Shown here one piece after another: positions 9,732-19,844 of a stretch of DNA of 64,000 bases. Made by a program: the position numbers and the translations under genes. Each line of letters starts with the position of its first letter. The stretch's first letter is position 1. Source of the stretch: Candidatus Dojkabacteria bacterium. GTDB lineage: Bacteria > Patescibacteriota > Dojkabacteria > B142 > JAFGFJ01. The notes below the pieces were generated by a model. The model did no database searches and was not told where the DNA came from. It worked only from the letters and a program-made list of their open reading frames with translations. The stretch covers positions 314,896 through 378,895 of the forward strand of contig JAFGFJ010000006.1 of NCBI GenBank assembly GCA_016931155.1. The letters are read 5' to 3'.

Positions 9732-10595
9732 ATGGCATTAAAGTTTAGAAAACCAGTGACACCAGGACAAAGGCATACAGCTCTTGTTGATACCAGCTGG
9801 TTGACAAAGAAAGAACCTGAAAAAAGCTTGACTGTTGCATTAAAATATAAAACCAGGAATTCGAGTGGGAGGCTTACGGTAAGACATAGGGGGGGGAGAG
9901 TAAAGAGGCTATACAGAATTATTGATTTCAAGAGGAGAAAAGAGGGTATGAAGGCTGAGGTCGTTGCTGTTGAATATGATCCAAACAGAAGTGCCAACAT
10001 CTTGCTTCTCAAGTATGAAGATGGAGCAAAAACCTATATACTTGCACCTGATGGTATTAAGACAGGTGATAAGTTGGAGTCGGGTGAAAATGCTCCAATC
10101 AAGGTTGGAAATGCATTGCCTTTAAAAAAGATTCCTTCGGGAAGTTATGTTCATAGTGTAGAGCTGAAAAGAGGAGAAGGTGCAGTTCTTGGAAGAGCAG
10201 CAGGAGCAGCCATTCAACTGCAAGGATTCAATAAAGGATATGCTCAACTCAAGATGCCAAGTGGAGAAATAAGGCTTGTAAGGGATGTAAATTTTGCGAC
10301 AATCGGAAATGTTGGGAATACAGAGCATAGTGGAGTGAGTTTGGGGAAGGCAGGAAGGAAAAGAAAAATGGGAATAAAGCCAACGGTCAGGGGAGTTGCA
10401 ATGAGCTGGAAGCACCCTCATGGAGGAGGGCAGGGTAAAAGTGGAAGGCACGGTCCAGGGGGACCTGCAAAAGACAGGTGGGGGAATAAAATAGGGAAAA
10501 AGACCAGGGTTAATAAGACTACGAATAAGTATATAGTGAAAAGAAAGACATCTAAAAGAGTAAAGAAAGTTAAAACATATAAAACAATAGTTTAA
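9732..10595 (+). CDS. rplB: 50S ribosomal protein L2
   Basis: MALKFRKPVTPGQRH, SWKHPHGGGQGK motifs. Confidence 0.95.
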   Translation: MALKFRKPVTPGQRHTALVDTSWLTKKEPEKSLTVALKYKTRNSSGRLTVRHRGGRVKRLYRIIDFKRRKEGMKAEVVAVEYDPNRSANILLLKYEDGAKTYILAPDGIKTGDKLESGENAPIKVGNALPLKKIPSGSYVHSVELKRGEGAVLGRAAGAAIQLQGFNKGYAQLKMPSGEIRLVRDVNFATIGNVGNTEHSGVSLGKAGRKRKMGIKPTVRGVAMSWKHPHGGGQGKSGRHGPGGPAKDRWGNKIGKKTRVNKTTNKYIVKRKTSKRVKKVKTYKTIV

Positions 10596-10606
10596 TAATA
10601 TAGATC

Positions 10607-10912
10607 ATGAGTAGATCATCGAAAAAGGGACCATATATTGACGAAAGGCTTTTAGAGAAAATTAAAAGAGCCAGAGATACTGGTGATAAGAAACCAATCA
10701 AGACATGGGCAAGATCTTCCAGTATTTCACCCGAGATGGTTGGAATTAATTTTGAGGTACACAATGGAAAAGAATTTGTTAAGGTGTTTGCAACTGAGTC
10801 AATGGTTGGGCATAAATTAGGAGAATTTTCACTAACCAGGAAGTTCACTGGTCATAGTAAGAAAGGTAAGATTGCTAAGGCAACAGGAACAGCTGGAAGA
10901 GTTGAGACATAA
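10607..10912 (+). CDS. rpsS: 30S ribosomal protein S19
   Basis: [35 protein letters not shown]. Confidence 0.95.
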   Translation: MSRSSKKGPYIDERLLEKIKRARDTGDKKPIKTWARSSSISPEMVGINFEVHNGKEFVKVFATESMVGHKLGEFSLTRKFTGHSKKGKIAKATGTAGRVET

Positions 10913-10916
10913 AAAT

Positions 10917-11402
10917 ATGGAAAAAGAATTGGTGTGTGCAAAAAACAGATATGTTGGGAATGCCCCTAGAAAGGTGAGGCTGGTAGCGGGTTTGGTTCGT
11001 GGGAAAAATGCACTTGAGGCTATTGAAATGCTTAAATTTGTTAATAAAGCTGCTTCTCTCCCTGTTAAGAAGGTGTTGAATTCGGCGATTGCCAATGCAA
11101 CCTTCAATAAAGGATGGGACAAGAAACAGCTAAAGGTATCAAAAATTACTGTTGATGAAGCTCCTTCTTTCAAAAGAGGAAGAGCAGTTTCAAGAGGAAG
11201 ATATAGAAGAATCTTAAAAAGGAACAGTCACATAACTGTTGTTTTGGAGCAGATTTCTGAAGAGAAAAACACTGAAACAGAAAAAGGCGAAGTAAAGAGG
11301 TCTGAAGTAGGAAAAGTTGAGATGAACAATGATAAAGATAGAAAAATAGATAAGAGTAAAATTAAAACAACTAAATCTGTTAATAAAAAAAATGGGAAAT
11401 AA
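10917..11402 (+). CDS. rplV: 50S ribosomal protein L22 with Lys-rich C-terminal extension (start moved to ATG at 10917, immediately after the rpsS stop)
   Basis: APRKVRLVAGLVRGKNALEAIEMLKF L22 motif. Confidence 0.9.
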   Translation: MEKELVCAKNRYVGNAPRKVRLVAGLVRGKNALEAIEMLKFVNKAASLPVKKVLNSAIANATFNKGWDKKQLKVSKITVDEAPSFKRGRAVSRGRYRRILKRNSHITVVLEQISEEKNTETEKGEVKRSEVGKVEMNNDKDRKIDKSKIKTTKSVNKKNGK

Positions 11403-12042
11403 GACAAATCCGACAAGTATGAGAGTGGGAGTAAATCAAAACTGGAAGTCAGTTTGGTACTCCTCGAAGTCAGACTATGCAAAAATGATGCACGAGGACT
11501 TAATGATAAATGAGATTATTAGGAAAAAACTCAAACCGGCTGGAGTTGACGAAATAAGGATAAAAAGATCTATGAACAAGGTGTTGATTGAAATAACTGT
11601 GGCAAGGCCTGGAGTTGTTATCGGAAGAGGAGGAGCAGGTATTGAAGATCTTAAAAAGGAGTTAAAGAAGAAAATAAAGGGAGATGTCGAACCGAAAATA
11701 TTAGAAGTGAAAAAGAATGATGTTTCAGCGAACCTGATAGCAGAAAATATTGGCAATCAGCTCGAAAGAAGAATTGTTCCGAAATATGCTGCTGAAAGAG
11801 AAGTTGAAAATGCACGAAGCGCCAGTGGAGTAAAAGGCGTCAAAATTTGGATTTCGGGAAGGATTAAAGGAGCAGAGATAGCAAGAACAGAGAAGTTCCA
11901 GTGGGGGAGGATTCCTCTTCAAACACTTAGGGCAGATATTGATTACTCTTATAAATCTGTCCAGGTTCCAAATGCTGGTAAGCAGGGAATTAAAGTGTGG
12001 GTCTATAAAGGTGACAAAAACGAAATTGAATATGACGAATAA
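11392..12042 (+). CDS. rpsC: 30S ribosomal protein S3
   Basis: [25 protein letters not shown] domain [14 protein letters not shown]. Confidence 0.95.
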   Translation: MGNKTNPTSMRVGVNQNWKSVWYSSKSDYAKMMHEDLMINEIIRKKLKPAGVDEIRIKRSMNKVLIEITVARPGVVIGRGGAGIEDLKKELKKKIKGDVEPKILEVKKNDVSANLIAENIGNQLERRIVPKYAAEREVENARSASGVKGVKIWISGRIKGAEIARTEKFQWGRIPLQTLRADIDYSYKSVQVPNAGKQGIKVWVYKGDKNEIEYDE

Positions 12043-12464
12043 TGTTGCAGCCTAAAAAAACAAAATATAGAAAACAGTTCAGAGGAAAGAGAGGGGGTAC
12101 GGTAGTAAAAAAAGGTGCTTTTATTACTATGGGTGATTATGCACTTCAGGCTATTGAGAGATCCTGGATAACAGAAAGGCAGATTGAATCTGCTAGAAAG
12201 GCAATTGTTAGGGAAACGAAAAGAAAAGGTAAGTTGTGGCTAAAGATCTTCCCAGACAAACCTTACACAGGAAAACCGGCGGAAACCAGAATGGGAAAGG
12301 GTAAGGGGGACGTTGTTGGATATGTCTCAGTAGTTAAGCCAGGCAGGGTACTGTTTGAGCTGGGTGGGGTTACTGAAGAAACTGCAAGAGAAGCGTTTAG
12401 GGTAGCTGGTCATAAGTTACCTATTAAGACTCAGTTTGTAACCAGAATACAACAAACAAGATAA
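12042..12464 (+). CDS. rplP: 50S ribosomal protein L16
   Basis: [19 protein letters not shown] signature. Confidence 0.95.
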   Translation: MLQPKKTKYRKQFRGKRGGTVVKKGAFITMGDYALQAIERSWITERQIESARKAIVRETKRKGKLWLKIFPDKPYTGKPAETRMGKGKGDVVGYVSVVKPGRVLFELGGVTEETAREAFRVAGHKLPIKTQFVTRIQQTR

Positions 12465-12465
12465 A

Positions 12466-12753
12466 ATGAAACCAAACGAACTTAGAAAATTTAGTAAAAA
12501 GGAGCTTGAGGAAAGGTTGGTTAAAAAAGCTGAAGAATTAGAGAGCAAGAAGTTTGAAGTCAGGATGAAAAAAGATAATGATTATGCAAGCTTGAAATTT
12601 TTGAAAAAAGAATTGGCAAGAATAAATACAATTATAAAGGCAGGTTCGTTTGCCATTGATGATATAAAGGATAAGGTGGAAAAGAAGACTGTGAAGAAAG
12701 AAACGAAGAAAAAAAACAGTATTGTGAGGAAGGATAAAGAACCTGATAAGTAA
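12466..12753 (+). CDS. rpmC: 50S ribosomal protein L29 with Lys-rich C-terminal extension
   Basis: MKPNELRKFSKKELEERLVKKAEEL L29 N-terminus; position between L16 and S17. Confidence 0.85.
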   Translation: MKPNELRKFSKKELEERLVKKAEELESKKFEVRMKKDNDYASLKFLKKELARINTIIKAGSFAIDDIKDKVEKKTVKKETKKKNSIVRKDKEPDK

Positions 12754-12782
12754 TCAGTAAATAAATATTTTTAATATAAGAA

Positions 12783-13094
12783 ATGGCAACAAAAGCAGAA
12801 AAAATAACAAAGAAGTTAAAAACAAAGAGAGTTGAGAAATCTCAGCAGAAGATAGCAAGAATAAAAACAGGAATAGTAGTAGGCAATAAGGCACAAAAGA
12901 CCTTGAGAGTGAGGGTTGAAAGGAAATTCTCTCACCCTTTGTATACGAAGATTGTAAAGAGGCACAAAAATTATCTTGTTCACAGTAATGAGCAGGTTGA
13001 GGTTGGTAAAATAATAAGATTCAAAGAGGTTAAGCCCATCTCAAAAGCAAAGAAATGGGTACTAATTGATGTATTAGAAAAGAAACAAATATGA
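12783..13094 (+). CDS. rpsQ: 30S ribosomal protein S17
   Basis: [32 protein letters not shown]. Confidence 0.93.
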   Translation: MATKAEKITKKLKTKRVEKSQQKIARIKTGIVVGNKAQKTLRVRVERKFSHPLYTKIVKRHKNYLVHSNEQVEVGKIIRFKEVKPISKAKKWVLIDVLEKKQI

Positions 13095-13474
13095 TTCAAT
13101 CACTGACTAGACTAAAAGTTGCAGACAATAGTGGAGCCAAAGAAATAATGGTCATTCAAGTACAGGGCGGCAAAAAGGGTGGTGGCTATCAAAGGTTTGG
13201 TACAGTTGGAGAAATCGTGAGTGCTACTGTCAAAAAGGCACAGCCAAACAGTGGGGTGAGCAAAGGAGAGGTTGTACATGCGGTAATCATAAGGGTTGCA
13301 AAGGAAATAAAAAGAATAGATGGGTCTTATTTGAAGTTTGATGACAATGCAGCAGTTCTTATTGATAAAAAGAGTGGAGATCTTAAAGGTACAAGAATTT
13401 TTGGTCCAGTTGCAAGGGAGTTGAAAGAAAAAGGGTTTAATAAAATTGTTAGTTTAGCACCAGAAGTACTCTAA
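13091..13474 (+). CDS. rplN: 50S ribosomal protein L14
   Basis: [24 protein letters not shown]. Confidence 0.95.
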   Translation: MIQSLTRLKVADNSGAKEIMVIQVQGGKKGGGYQRFGTVGEIVSATVKKAQPNSGVSKGEVVHAVIIRVAKEIKRIDGSYLKFDDNAAVLIDKKSGDLKGTRIFGPVARELKEKGFNKIVSLAPEVL

Positions 13475-13785
13475 TGAAACTAAAAAAGGGAGATACAGTA
13501 AAGGTATTATCAGGTAAGTATCGAGGGAAAACGGGAGACATCCTGAAGATTTTTCTCGCAAAGAATACTGCGATTGTTGAGAAAGTGAATATAGTAAAAA
13601 AACATAAAAAGAAATCAGCTAATGAAAAAGAACCTGGCGGAATAATTGAAGTTGAGGCTCCGGTTCATATTTCGAACCTTATGCTTCAATGTAAAAATTG
13701 TTTGAAATTTACCAGGGTAGGATTTAGAAACGATGAAAAAGGAAAAAAAGTGAGATATTGCAAAAAATGCGATAAGACAATATAA
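13474..13785 (+). CDS. rplX: 50S ribosomal protein L24 carrying a C-terminal CxxC-x17-CxxC putative zinc ribbon
   Basis: KOW N-terminus [26 protein letters not shown]; C-terminus QCKNCLKFTRVGFRNDEKGKKVRYCKKCDKTI has four Cys where E. coli L24 has none. Confidence 0.9.
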   Translation: MKLKKGDTVKVLSGKYRGKTGDILKIFLAKNTAIVEKVNIVKKHKKKSANEKEPGGIIEVEAPVHISNLMLQCKNCLKFTRVGFRNDEKGKKVRYCKKCDKTI

Positions 13786-13791
13786 AAAATC

Positions 13792-14460
13792 ATGATAGAA
13801 CCAAGAAAGAAAAAAGAATTTAATGAAAAAATAAAAAAGGAACTAATGTCAATTCTTGGGATTGATAATGTGATGGCTGTTCCGATGCTAACAAAAATAG
13901 TGATAAATACCGGAATGGGAGAGGCAAAAGAAGATACGAAGCAGTATGAAGAGATGGCAAATGAATTGGCTGCGATTTCGGGGCAGAAACCGGTTATTAG
14001 TAAAGCAAAGAAGGCAATTTCAAATTTCAAGATTCGTGCTGGTAGTATTGTTGGATTGAGTGTTACCTTGAGAGGGAGGAGAATGTGGGAGTTTTTTGAT
14101 AAACTTGTCAGCATCACTCTTCCAAGAGTAAAGGACTTTCGGGGTCTTTCTCCGAAGTCTTTTGATGGTAGAGGGAACTATTCTCTTGGACTTAAAGAGC
14201 ATACGGTATTTATTGAAGTAGATACTAATAAAGTGACAAAACTTAGAGGTGTCCAGATAACACTTTGTACCAGTTCTGGTGATGATAAAAGAGCCTATGT
14301 CCTGCTTGAGAAACTCGGTATGCCTTTTATGAAAAATACGAAAAAACAGGAAGAGATGAAACAGGCAATAGATGCGGTTGAAGCGGGTCCTACTGTTGAC
14401 AAAGAGATCAGGGAAAGCAAGGAGGTTGAAGGTGTACAAGGAAATAATGATAATTTATAA
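13792..14460 (+). CDS. rplE: 50S ribosomal protein L5 with acidic/Lys-rich C-terminal extension
   Basis: [34 protein letters not shown] motifs. Confidence 0.93.
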   Translation: MIEPRKKKEFNEKIKKELMSILGIDNVMAVPMLTKIVINTGMGEAKEDTKQYEEMANELAAISGQKPVISKAKKAISNFKIRAGSIVGLSVTLRGRRMWEFFDKLVSITLPRVKDFRGLSPKSFDGRGNYSLGLKEHTVFIEVDTNKVTKLRGVQITLCTSSGDDKRAYVLLEKLGMPFMKNTKKQEEMKQAIDAVEAGPTVDKEIRESKEVEGVQGNNDNL

Positions 14461-14468
14461 AATTTATA

Positions 14469-14663
14469 ATGAGTACAGAAGCACAAGAAGCAAAATCAAG
14501 AAAATACAAAAGAAAAGCAAATAAGTCGGTAAAAGCATTCAATAGATGCAGGATTTGCGGGAGGAGAAGAGGATATATGAGGATGTTTGATCTTTGCAGG
14601 ATACATTTCAGGGAACTGGCTCAAAAAGGGCAATTGCCCGGAGTAACTAAAAGTACGTGGTAA
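14469..14663 (+). CDS. rpsZ: 30S ribosomal protein S14, zinc-binding type Z (CxxC...CxxH variant)
   Basis: [38 protein letters not shown]; 63 aa. Confidence 0.92.
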   Translation: MSTEAQEAKSRKYKRKANKSVKAFNRCRICGRRRGYMRMFDLCRIHFRELAQKGQLPGVTKSTW

Positions 14664-14687
14664 TTATTTATTATTAGCTGAGTTTAG

Positions 14688-15083
14688 ATGAACGACCCAA
14701 TAGCAGATTTACTAACAAGAATAAGGAATGCACAAATGAGGAAGTCAAAGGTGTTTGTAATGCCTTCTTCCAAGATGGTCGTTTCTATTGTCGATATTCT
14801 GAAGAAGGAGGGTTTTATTGAAGATTATAAAAATAATGAGAGTGGCGTGATTGCAGGAAAAGAGATAATAATAAATCTGAAATATAATGATGGTAAACCC
14901 TCAATTACAGGGCTTAAAAGAATATCAAAACCTGGGGTCAGAAGATATGTTGGATACAGAGATATTAGGAAAGTACTTGGTGGACTTGGTGTGTCTATTG
15001 TTTCTACTCCCAGGGGAGTAATGACAGGTGATTCTGCAAGGAAGGAAAGAGTTGGAGGAGAGATACTTTGTGAAATCTGGTAA
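14688..15083 (+). CDS. rpsH: 30S ribosomal protein S8
   Basis: DPIADLLTRIRNAQMRK, GGEILCEIW C-terminus. Confidence 0.95.
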   Translation: MNDPIADLLTRIRNAQMRKSKVFVMPSSKMVVSIVDILKKEGFIEDYKNNESGVIAGKEIIINLKYNDGKPSITGLKRISKPGVRRYVGYRDIRKVLGGLGVSIVSTPRGVMTGDSARKERVGGEILCEIW

Positions 15084-15094
15084 TCATTCAAATT

Positions 15095-15667
15095 ATGTCA
15101 AGAATAGGAAAAAACCCAATAACAATTACAGAAGGAGTGATTATTACTGTTGAGGACGGAGGAAAATTTGGTCATAAGGTTGTGAAAGTAAAAGGACCGA
15201 AAGGAGAGCTCAGTGAGGATATTAGAAAAGGGATAGATATTGAGTTGAGTGAAAGTGAGCTAAAGGTTATAAATAAAAAAGATGAGGATAAGTATAACAG
15301 GTCTTTGCATGGATTATACAGAACATTGATAAACAATATGGTAGAGGGAGTAACAGAGGGCTTCCAGAAAAAACTGGAGATTGTTGGTATTGGATATAAA
15401 GCTATACCAAAAGGTGAAGATCTCGAATTATACGTAGGTTTTAGTCATCCTATTTTGGTAAAAGCTCCAGAAGGGATTGCTCTTTCAGTTGAAGAAAATG
15501 TTAAAATCACTGTTTCAGGAATCAATAAAAGACTGGTAGGGGAAATTGCTGCAAGAATAAGAAAAGTGAAAAAACCTGAGCCATATAAAGGTAAAGGAAT
15601 TAGATATGAAGGGGAAGTGGTGAAAAGAAAGGTCGGAAAAGCAGCAGCTACAACAGAAGCAACATAA
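15095..15667 (+). CDS. rplF: 50S ribosomal protein L6
   Basis: MSRIGKNPITI..., two-domain L6 length. Confidence 0.93.
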   Translation: MSRIGKNPITITEGVIITVEDGGKFGHKVVKVKGPKGELSEDIRKGIDIELSESELKVINKKDEDKYNRSLHGLYRTLINNMVEGVTEGFQKKLEIVGIGYKAIPKGEDLELYVGFSHPILVKAPEGIALSVEENVKITVSGINKRLVGEIAARIRKVKKPEPYKGKGIRYEGEVVKRKVGKAAATTEAT

Positions 15668-15671
15668 TATT

Positions 15672-16013
15672 ATGAGCAGACAAAATTTAAGACTAAAAAG
15701 AAAAACAAGATCGAAGTATAAAATCAGAGGAACTGATTCCAGGCCAAGGCTTAGTGTCTTTAGATCAAATAAACATATTTGTGGTCAGTTAATTGATGAC
15801 GAAAATTCGAAAACCTTGGTTCAAGTTTCTGACATGAAGTTCAAAAATAAAGGTACGAAGACTGATCTTGCCTTTATCGTCGGAGAAAATATTGCGTCTG
15901 AAGCAAAGACAAAAAAGATTACAAAGATTGTTTTTGACAGGAGTGGGTATAAGTATCATGGAAGAGTTAGGGCTCTTGCTGAGGGAGCAAGAAAAGGTGG
16001 TCTTTTATTCTAA
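15672..16013 (+). CDS. rplR: 50S ribosomal protein L18
   Basis: RPRLSVFRSNKHICGQLIDD..., KIVFDRSGYKYHGRVRALAEGARKGGL. Confidence 0.93.
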   Translation: MSRQNLRLKRKTRSKYKIRGTDSRPRLSVFRSNKHICGQLIDDENSKTLVQVSDMKFKNKGTKTDLAFIVGENIASEAKTKKITKIVFDRSGYKYHGRVRALAEGARKGGLLF

Positions 16014-16028
16014 TTTATATATTTATAA

Positions 16029-16616
16029 ATGGCAGAGGAACAAAAACAAAAAGCGAAAGTAGGTACAGTAGAACAGACTTCTCCCGGAGAAGTTAAGGAA
16101 AGGCTTGAACGTATAAAGGTGAGAAGAGTTCAGAGGAAATCTGATGCAAGAGGTAACAAGAGGGGAAGAGATAAAGACAGAGATGAGCTTGATACAAGAA
16201 TCATTAATATAAGGAGGGTAACAAGAGTATATAAAGGTGGGAAAAGGATGAGGCTGAGTGCCTTTGTTGTGGTTGGAGACAGAAAAGGTAGTATTGGACT
16301 GGGTGTGGGAAAAGGTTCTGATGTTAGATCCGCTGAGGCTAAGGCGATAAACTATGCAAGAAAACACATGGTAAAAATCAGTCTTAAAGGAAATACACTA
16401 CCTCATCAGATCATTGGGAAAAGCGGAGCGGCAGAAGTTTTTATGAAGCCTGCTGCCCCTGGAACTGGAGTTATTGCAGGCAGTGCTGCCAGGGCTGTTG
16501 TGGAAGTTGCAGGTGTTAAAGATATTCTTACTAAAGTGCTTGGATCTGATAACAGTATAAATAATGCATATGCGACACTTGATGGACTTACTAAACTTAG
16601 ACTCACTCGAAGCTAA
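16029..16616 (+). CDS. rpsE: 30S ribosomal protein S5
   Basis: INIRRVTRVYKGGKRMRLSAFVVVGDRKGSIGLGVGKG signature. Confidence 0.95.
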   Translation: MAEEQKQKAKVGTVEQTSPGEVKERLERIKVRRVQRKSDARGNKRGRDKDRDELDTRIINIRRVTRVYKGGKRMRLSAFVVVGDRKGSIGLGVGKGSDVRSAEAKAINYARKHMVKISLKGNTLPHQIIGKSGAAEVFMKPAAPGTGVIAGSAARAVVEVAGVKDILTKVLGSDNSINNAYATLDGLTKLRLTRS

Positions 16617-17068
16617 TGCTTAACAATTTGATCTCGCCAAAAACAAAAAAGAAAAGCAAAATAATCGGAAGAGGTTACGGTTCCGGGGTTGGTGGTCATA
16701 CTGTTGGTAAAGGTCAGAAAGGTCAGAAGTCGAGGTCTGGGTATTCAAAACCTAGACCGGGTTTCGAGGGGGGGCAGATGCCTCTTTCAAGAAGACTTCC
16801 AAAACTTAGAGGTTTCAAGCGGGGGTATTTTAAGTCAAAGTCACACAATACTGTTCTCAATCTTTCTGATCTAGAAGGGCTTGGACTTACAAGGGTTTCT
16901 TTTGAATCCTTGAAAGAAAAGGGATTATTAGGTGGATTTTCAAAAAAACAGGAAGTAAAAATATTATCTGGGGGAAAAATAAGTAGAAAAGTGGAAATCG
17001 TTGGAATTAAAATTTCAAAAAAAGCCCAGGAAAAGGTAGAAAAGGCTGGGGGAAAAGTTACTGCTTAA
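16616..17068 (+). CDS. rplO: 50S ribosomal protein L15 (directly follows S5; no L30 gene)
   Basis: GRGYGSGVGGHTVGKGQKGQKSRSG signature. Confidence 0.93.
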   Translation: MLNNLISPKTKKKSKIIGRGYGSGVGGHTVGKGQKGQKSRSGYSKPRPGFEGGQMPLSRRLPKLRGFKRGYFKSKSHNTVLNLSDLEGLGLTRVSFESLKEKGLLGGFSKKQEVKILSGGKISRKVEIVGIKISKKAQEKVEKAGGKVTA

Positions 17069-17078
17069 TTTTTTAATA

Positions 17079-18551
17079 ATGCTGGAAACACAAAAAAAAA
17101 GCTCAGGAATGCCTGCAAGTATTTTTAGTCGCACAGTAAGAAAAGTCTCAGGAGAGACTAAGAAGAGTGGCATTTTTACTAAATTCCAAAGGACGTTTGC
17201 AAATAAAGATATAAGGAATCGTTTCCTTTTCACTATGTTGATGGTTTTGGTATTCAGATTATTGTCTGCTGTTCCACTTCCAGGAATTGACCCTGCAGTT
17301 TTTAAAGAATTTTTTCAAGGTACTCCTTTCAGTAATATCTTTACCATAGTTACTGGAGGAAGGCTTGATAATCCGTCTATTGTAGCAATTGGGCTGGCTT
17401 CTTATATTAATGCCTCAATTATGATTCAACTGTTTACAACTGTTATTCCCTCTCTTGAGGAAATGTCAAAAGAAGGGGAAAGAGGAAAGCAAAAATTGAA
17501 TCAGATAACCAGAGTATTGACTGTTCCACTGACAGTGCTGCAGTCCGTAGTGATTTATACTATTTTGAAAAACAGTGCTGGTATTTCAAATCTCGTCGCG
17601 GAGTCATCGGTTTTGGATGTAGTTACTATGATTACGACACTGACTGCCGGGACGATGCTCCTGATGTGGATATCTGAGATTATTTCAGAAAGTGGGATCG
17701 GAAATGGCTCGTCAATAATAATTTCCGCTGGTGTTCTTGCAGTTATCCCGAGTTTTATTTCACAGGATTTCCAAAGTGTTGAACTCAATTTTAAATTTCT
17801 TTTAGAAGGAAAACTTGAAGTTCTATGGAGCTCAAATATGCTTTTGATCTATGCGATAATTGTGGGGCTTGTTGTTTTACTATTAGGTATAGTTTTTATG
17901 TCGGAGGCAACAAGAAAACTATCTATCCAGTATGCAAGAAGAGTAAGGGGTGGTGTGGCGGGATTTCAAAATACTTTTCTTCCGATTAAGCTTAACCAGG
18001 CAGGGGTGATGCCTGTAATATTTGCATCATCAATACTCATTCTGCCGCAGATACTTTCTCAGTTTGTGGTCAGTTCCTTTGAATCGGGTAAGTTTTATGA
18101 TATTGCCAATGCAATAGGAAATTCCTTTCTTTCAGACTATGGATCATTTGGATACAATTTAACCTACTTCTTTGCAATTATTGGGTTTACTTTCTTTTAT
18201 ACTTTTGTTGTTCTAAACCCGAATGATACAGCGGACAACCTGAAGAAAAGTGGAGGCTTCATACCTGGGATTAGACCTGGGACTTCAACTGCCAGTTATA
18301 TTACGAAAGTTATGATCAGATTGACTATTGTCGGGGGTATTTTCCTCGGGGCAATAGCTCTTGCTCCTTCTCTTATTAATCAATTTGCGACTAATCAGTT
18401 CCTTGGAGAAGCTGCAAATTATGGGAGATCGACTCTTTTTTCCGGAATTGGGGGTACCAGTCTTTTGATTTTGGTAGGAGTAATACTTGATACAAAACGA
18501 AAGATTGAATCTATGGCAGTTACACGTAGCTACGAGCATTACAAAGACTAA
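17079..18551 (+). CDS. secY: Preprotein translocase subunit SecY
   Basis: 10-TM profile; RLLSAVPLPGID, GTMLLMWISEIISESGIGNGSSIII motifs. Confidence 0.95.
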   Translation: MLETQKKSSGMPASIFSRTVRKVSGETKKSGIFTKFQRTFANKDIRNRFLFTMLMVLVFRLLSAVPLPGIDPAVFKEFFQGTPFSNIFTIVTGGRLDNPSIVAIGLASYINASIMIQLFTTVIPSLEEMSKEGERGKQKLNQITRVLTVPLTVLQSVVIYTILKNSAGISNLVAESSVLDVVTMITTLTAGTMLLMWISEIISESGIGNGSSIIISAGVLAVIPSFISQDFQSVELNFKFLLEGKLEVLWSSNMLLIYAIIVGLVVLLLGIVFMSEATRKLSIQYARRVRGGVAGFQNTFLPIKLNQAGVMPVIFASSILILPQILSQFVVSSFESGKFYDIANAIGNSFLSDYGSFGYNLTYFFAIIGFTFFYTFVVLNPNDTADNLKKSGGFIPGIRPGTSTASYITKVMIRLTIVGGIFLGAIALAPSLINQFATNQFLGEAANYGRSTLFSGIGGTSLLILVGVILDTKRKIESMAVTRSYEHYKD

Positions 18552-18554
18552 ATA

Positions 18555-19304
18555 TTGGGAATTACTATTAAAAACAAAAAAGAGATAGATTTAATGCGGG
18601 TAGGTGGGAAAATGCTTGGGGATATTGTTGAAGAACTTGGGAGGATGGTAAAGGCGGGAATTTCATCATGGGATATTGAAAAAAAATCCCAGGCTCTTTT
18701 ACAGCATTATAAGGTTAAGCCGGCGTTTCTGAATTATCTTGGCTATCCCTGTGTCTCATGTGTTGGATTAAATGACACAGCTGTACATGGGATTCCAAGT
18801 AAAGATGAAATTTTGAATGAGGGAGATATTGTTAGTATTGATATGGGACTGATTTATCAGGGGATGTATTTGGATCATGCTGTTACTGTCCCTGTCGGAA
18901 AAATCTCCAGTGAGAGTGCGAAGCTCATTAATGTGACTAGAGATGCGATGAAAGCTGGAATAAATCAGGCAAAAGAGGGAAATACGGTTGGAGATATAAG
19001 TCATGCTATTCAGACTACTGCGGAGCTTGCAGGGTTTTCTGTAATAAGGCAAATGGTAGGACATGGAGTAGGTTACCAGGTGCACGAACCTCCTCAAATT
19101 CCCTGCTTTGGAGAAAAAGGGACTGGAGAAATGCTTGAAGAAGGTATGACTCTTGCAATTGAGGCAATGGTAAATGCAGGTGGTGCAGAAATATTGATAT
19201 TGGAGGATGGTTGGACGACAAAAACGCAGGACGGAAAGAATTCTGCAATTTTTGAACATACTATAGTAGTTGGGGAGAAAAAGTCGGAGATTTTGACCGA
19301 GTAG
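18555..19304 (+). CDS. map: Methionine aminopeptidase type I
   Basis: Pita-bread fold motifs VHGIP, VSIDMG, HGVGYQVHEPPQI, EHTIVV. Confidence 0.93.
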   Translation: MGITIKNKKEIDLMRVGGKMLGDIVEELGRMVKAGISSWDIEKKSQALLQHYKVKPAFLNYLGYPCVSCVGLNDTAVHGIPSKDEILNEGDIVSIDMGLIYQGMYLDHAVTVPVGKISSESAKLINVTRDAMKAGINQAKEGNTVGDISHAIQTTAELAGFSVIRQMVGHGVGYQVHEPPQIPCFGEKGTGEMLEEGMTLAIEAMVNAGGAEILILEDGWTTKTQDGKNSAIFEHTIVVGEKKSEILTE

Positions 19305-19443
19305 TTTTAAATTTGGTATTTATTTGATATTTTTTGCGAAAAATTAATGAATTTAGGCAAAATGGCTTTGTTTGAAGGGAGTTCTTTGATATAATTATCG
19401 TCTGCTATGGATTAATGGCTGATGGCGGCTTTGCCGTATTTTT

Positions 19444-19701
19444 GTGTTTTCAAATATGACTGGAAGTGAGACCAAGCCAGGAGAGAAATTTAAGGTAACA
19501 GGTACTGTTACAGAGACTCTTCCAGGCGCAAAATTTAGAGTAAATATTAAAATGGGTGAACTCGACCATGAGATAATCGCCTATATTTCGGGCAAGATGA
19601 GAATGCACTATATTAAACTTCAGCCAGGGGATCAGGTGGAGGTTGAAATGACACCATATGATTTACAAAAAGGAAGAATCACTTATAGAGGACAAAAATG
19701 A
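19444..19701 (+). CDS. infA: Translation initiation factor IF-1
   Basis: [67 protein letters not shown]. Confidence 0.93.
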   Translation: MFSNMTGSETKPGEKFKVTGTVTETLPGAKFRVNIKMGELDHEIIAYISGKMRMHYIKLQPGDQVEVEMTPYDLQKGRITYRGQK

Positions 19702-19829
19702 AAGTAAAGGCTTCAATTAAAAAAAGATGTGAGCATTGCTATATTGTGAGAAGACGCAAGAAAAACGGTAAGCATGTTATATATATTTACTGTAAAAGGG
19801 ATGCGACCCACAAGCAGAGGCAAGGTTAA
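19698..19829 (+). CDS. rpmJ: 50S ribosomal protein L36 (43 aa, zinc ribbon CxxC...CxxxxH); not in the ORF track because it is under 60 aa; ATG overlaps the infA stop (ATGA)
   Basis: Own translation: [43 protein letters not shown]. Confidence 0.9.
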   Translation: MKVKASIKKRCEHCYIVRRRKKNGKHVIYIYCKRDATHKQRQG

Positions 19830-19844
19830 TTATTATTTTGTAAA

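Noticed and set aside
16689-16874. 61-aa plus-strand ORF inside rplO in another frame
   Set aside because: Alternative frame of a conserved r-protein gene; no support
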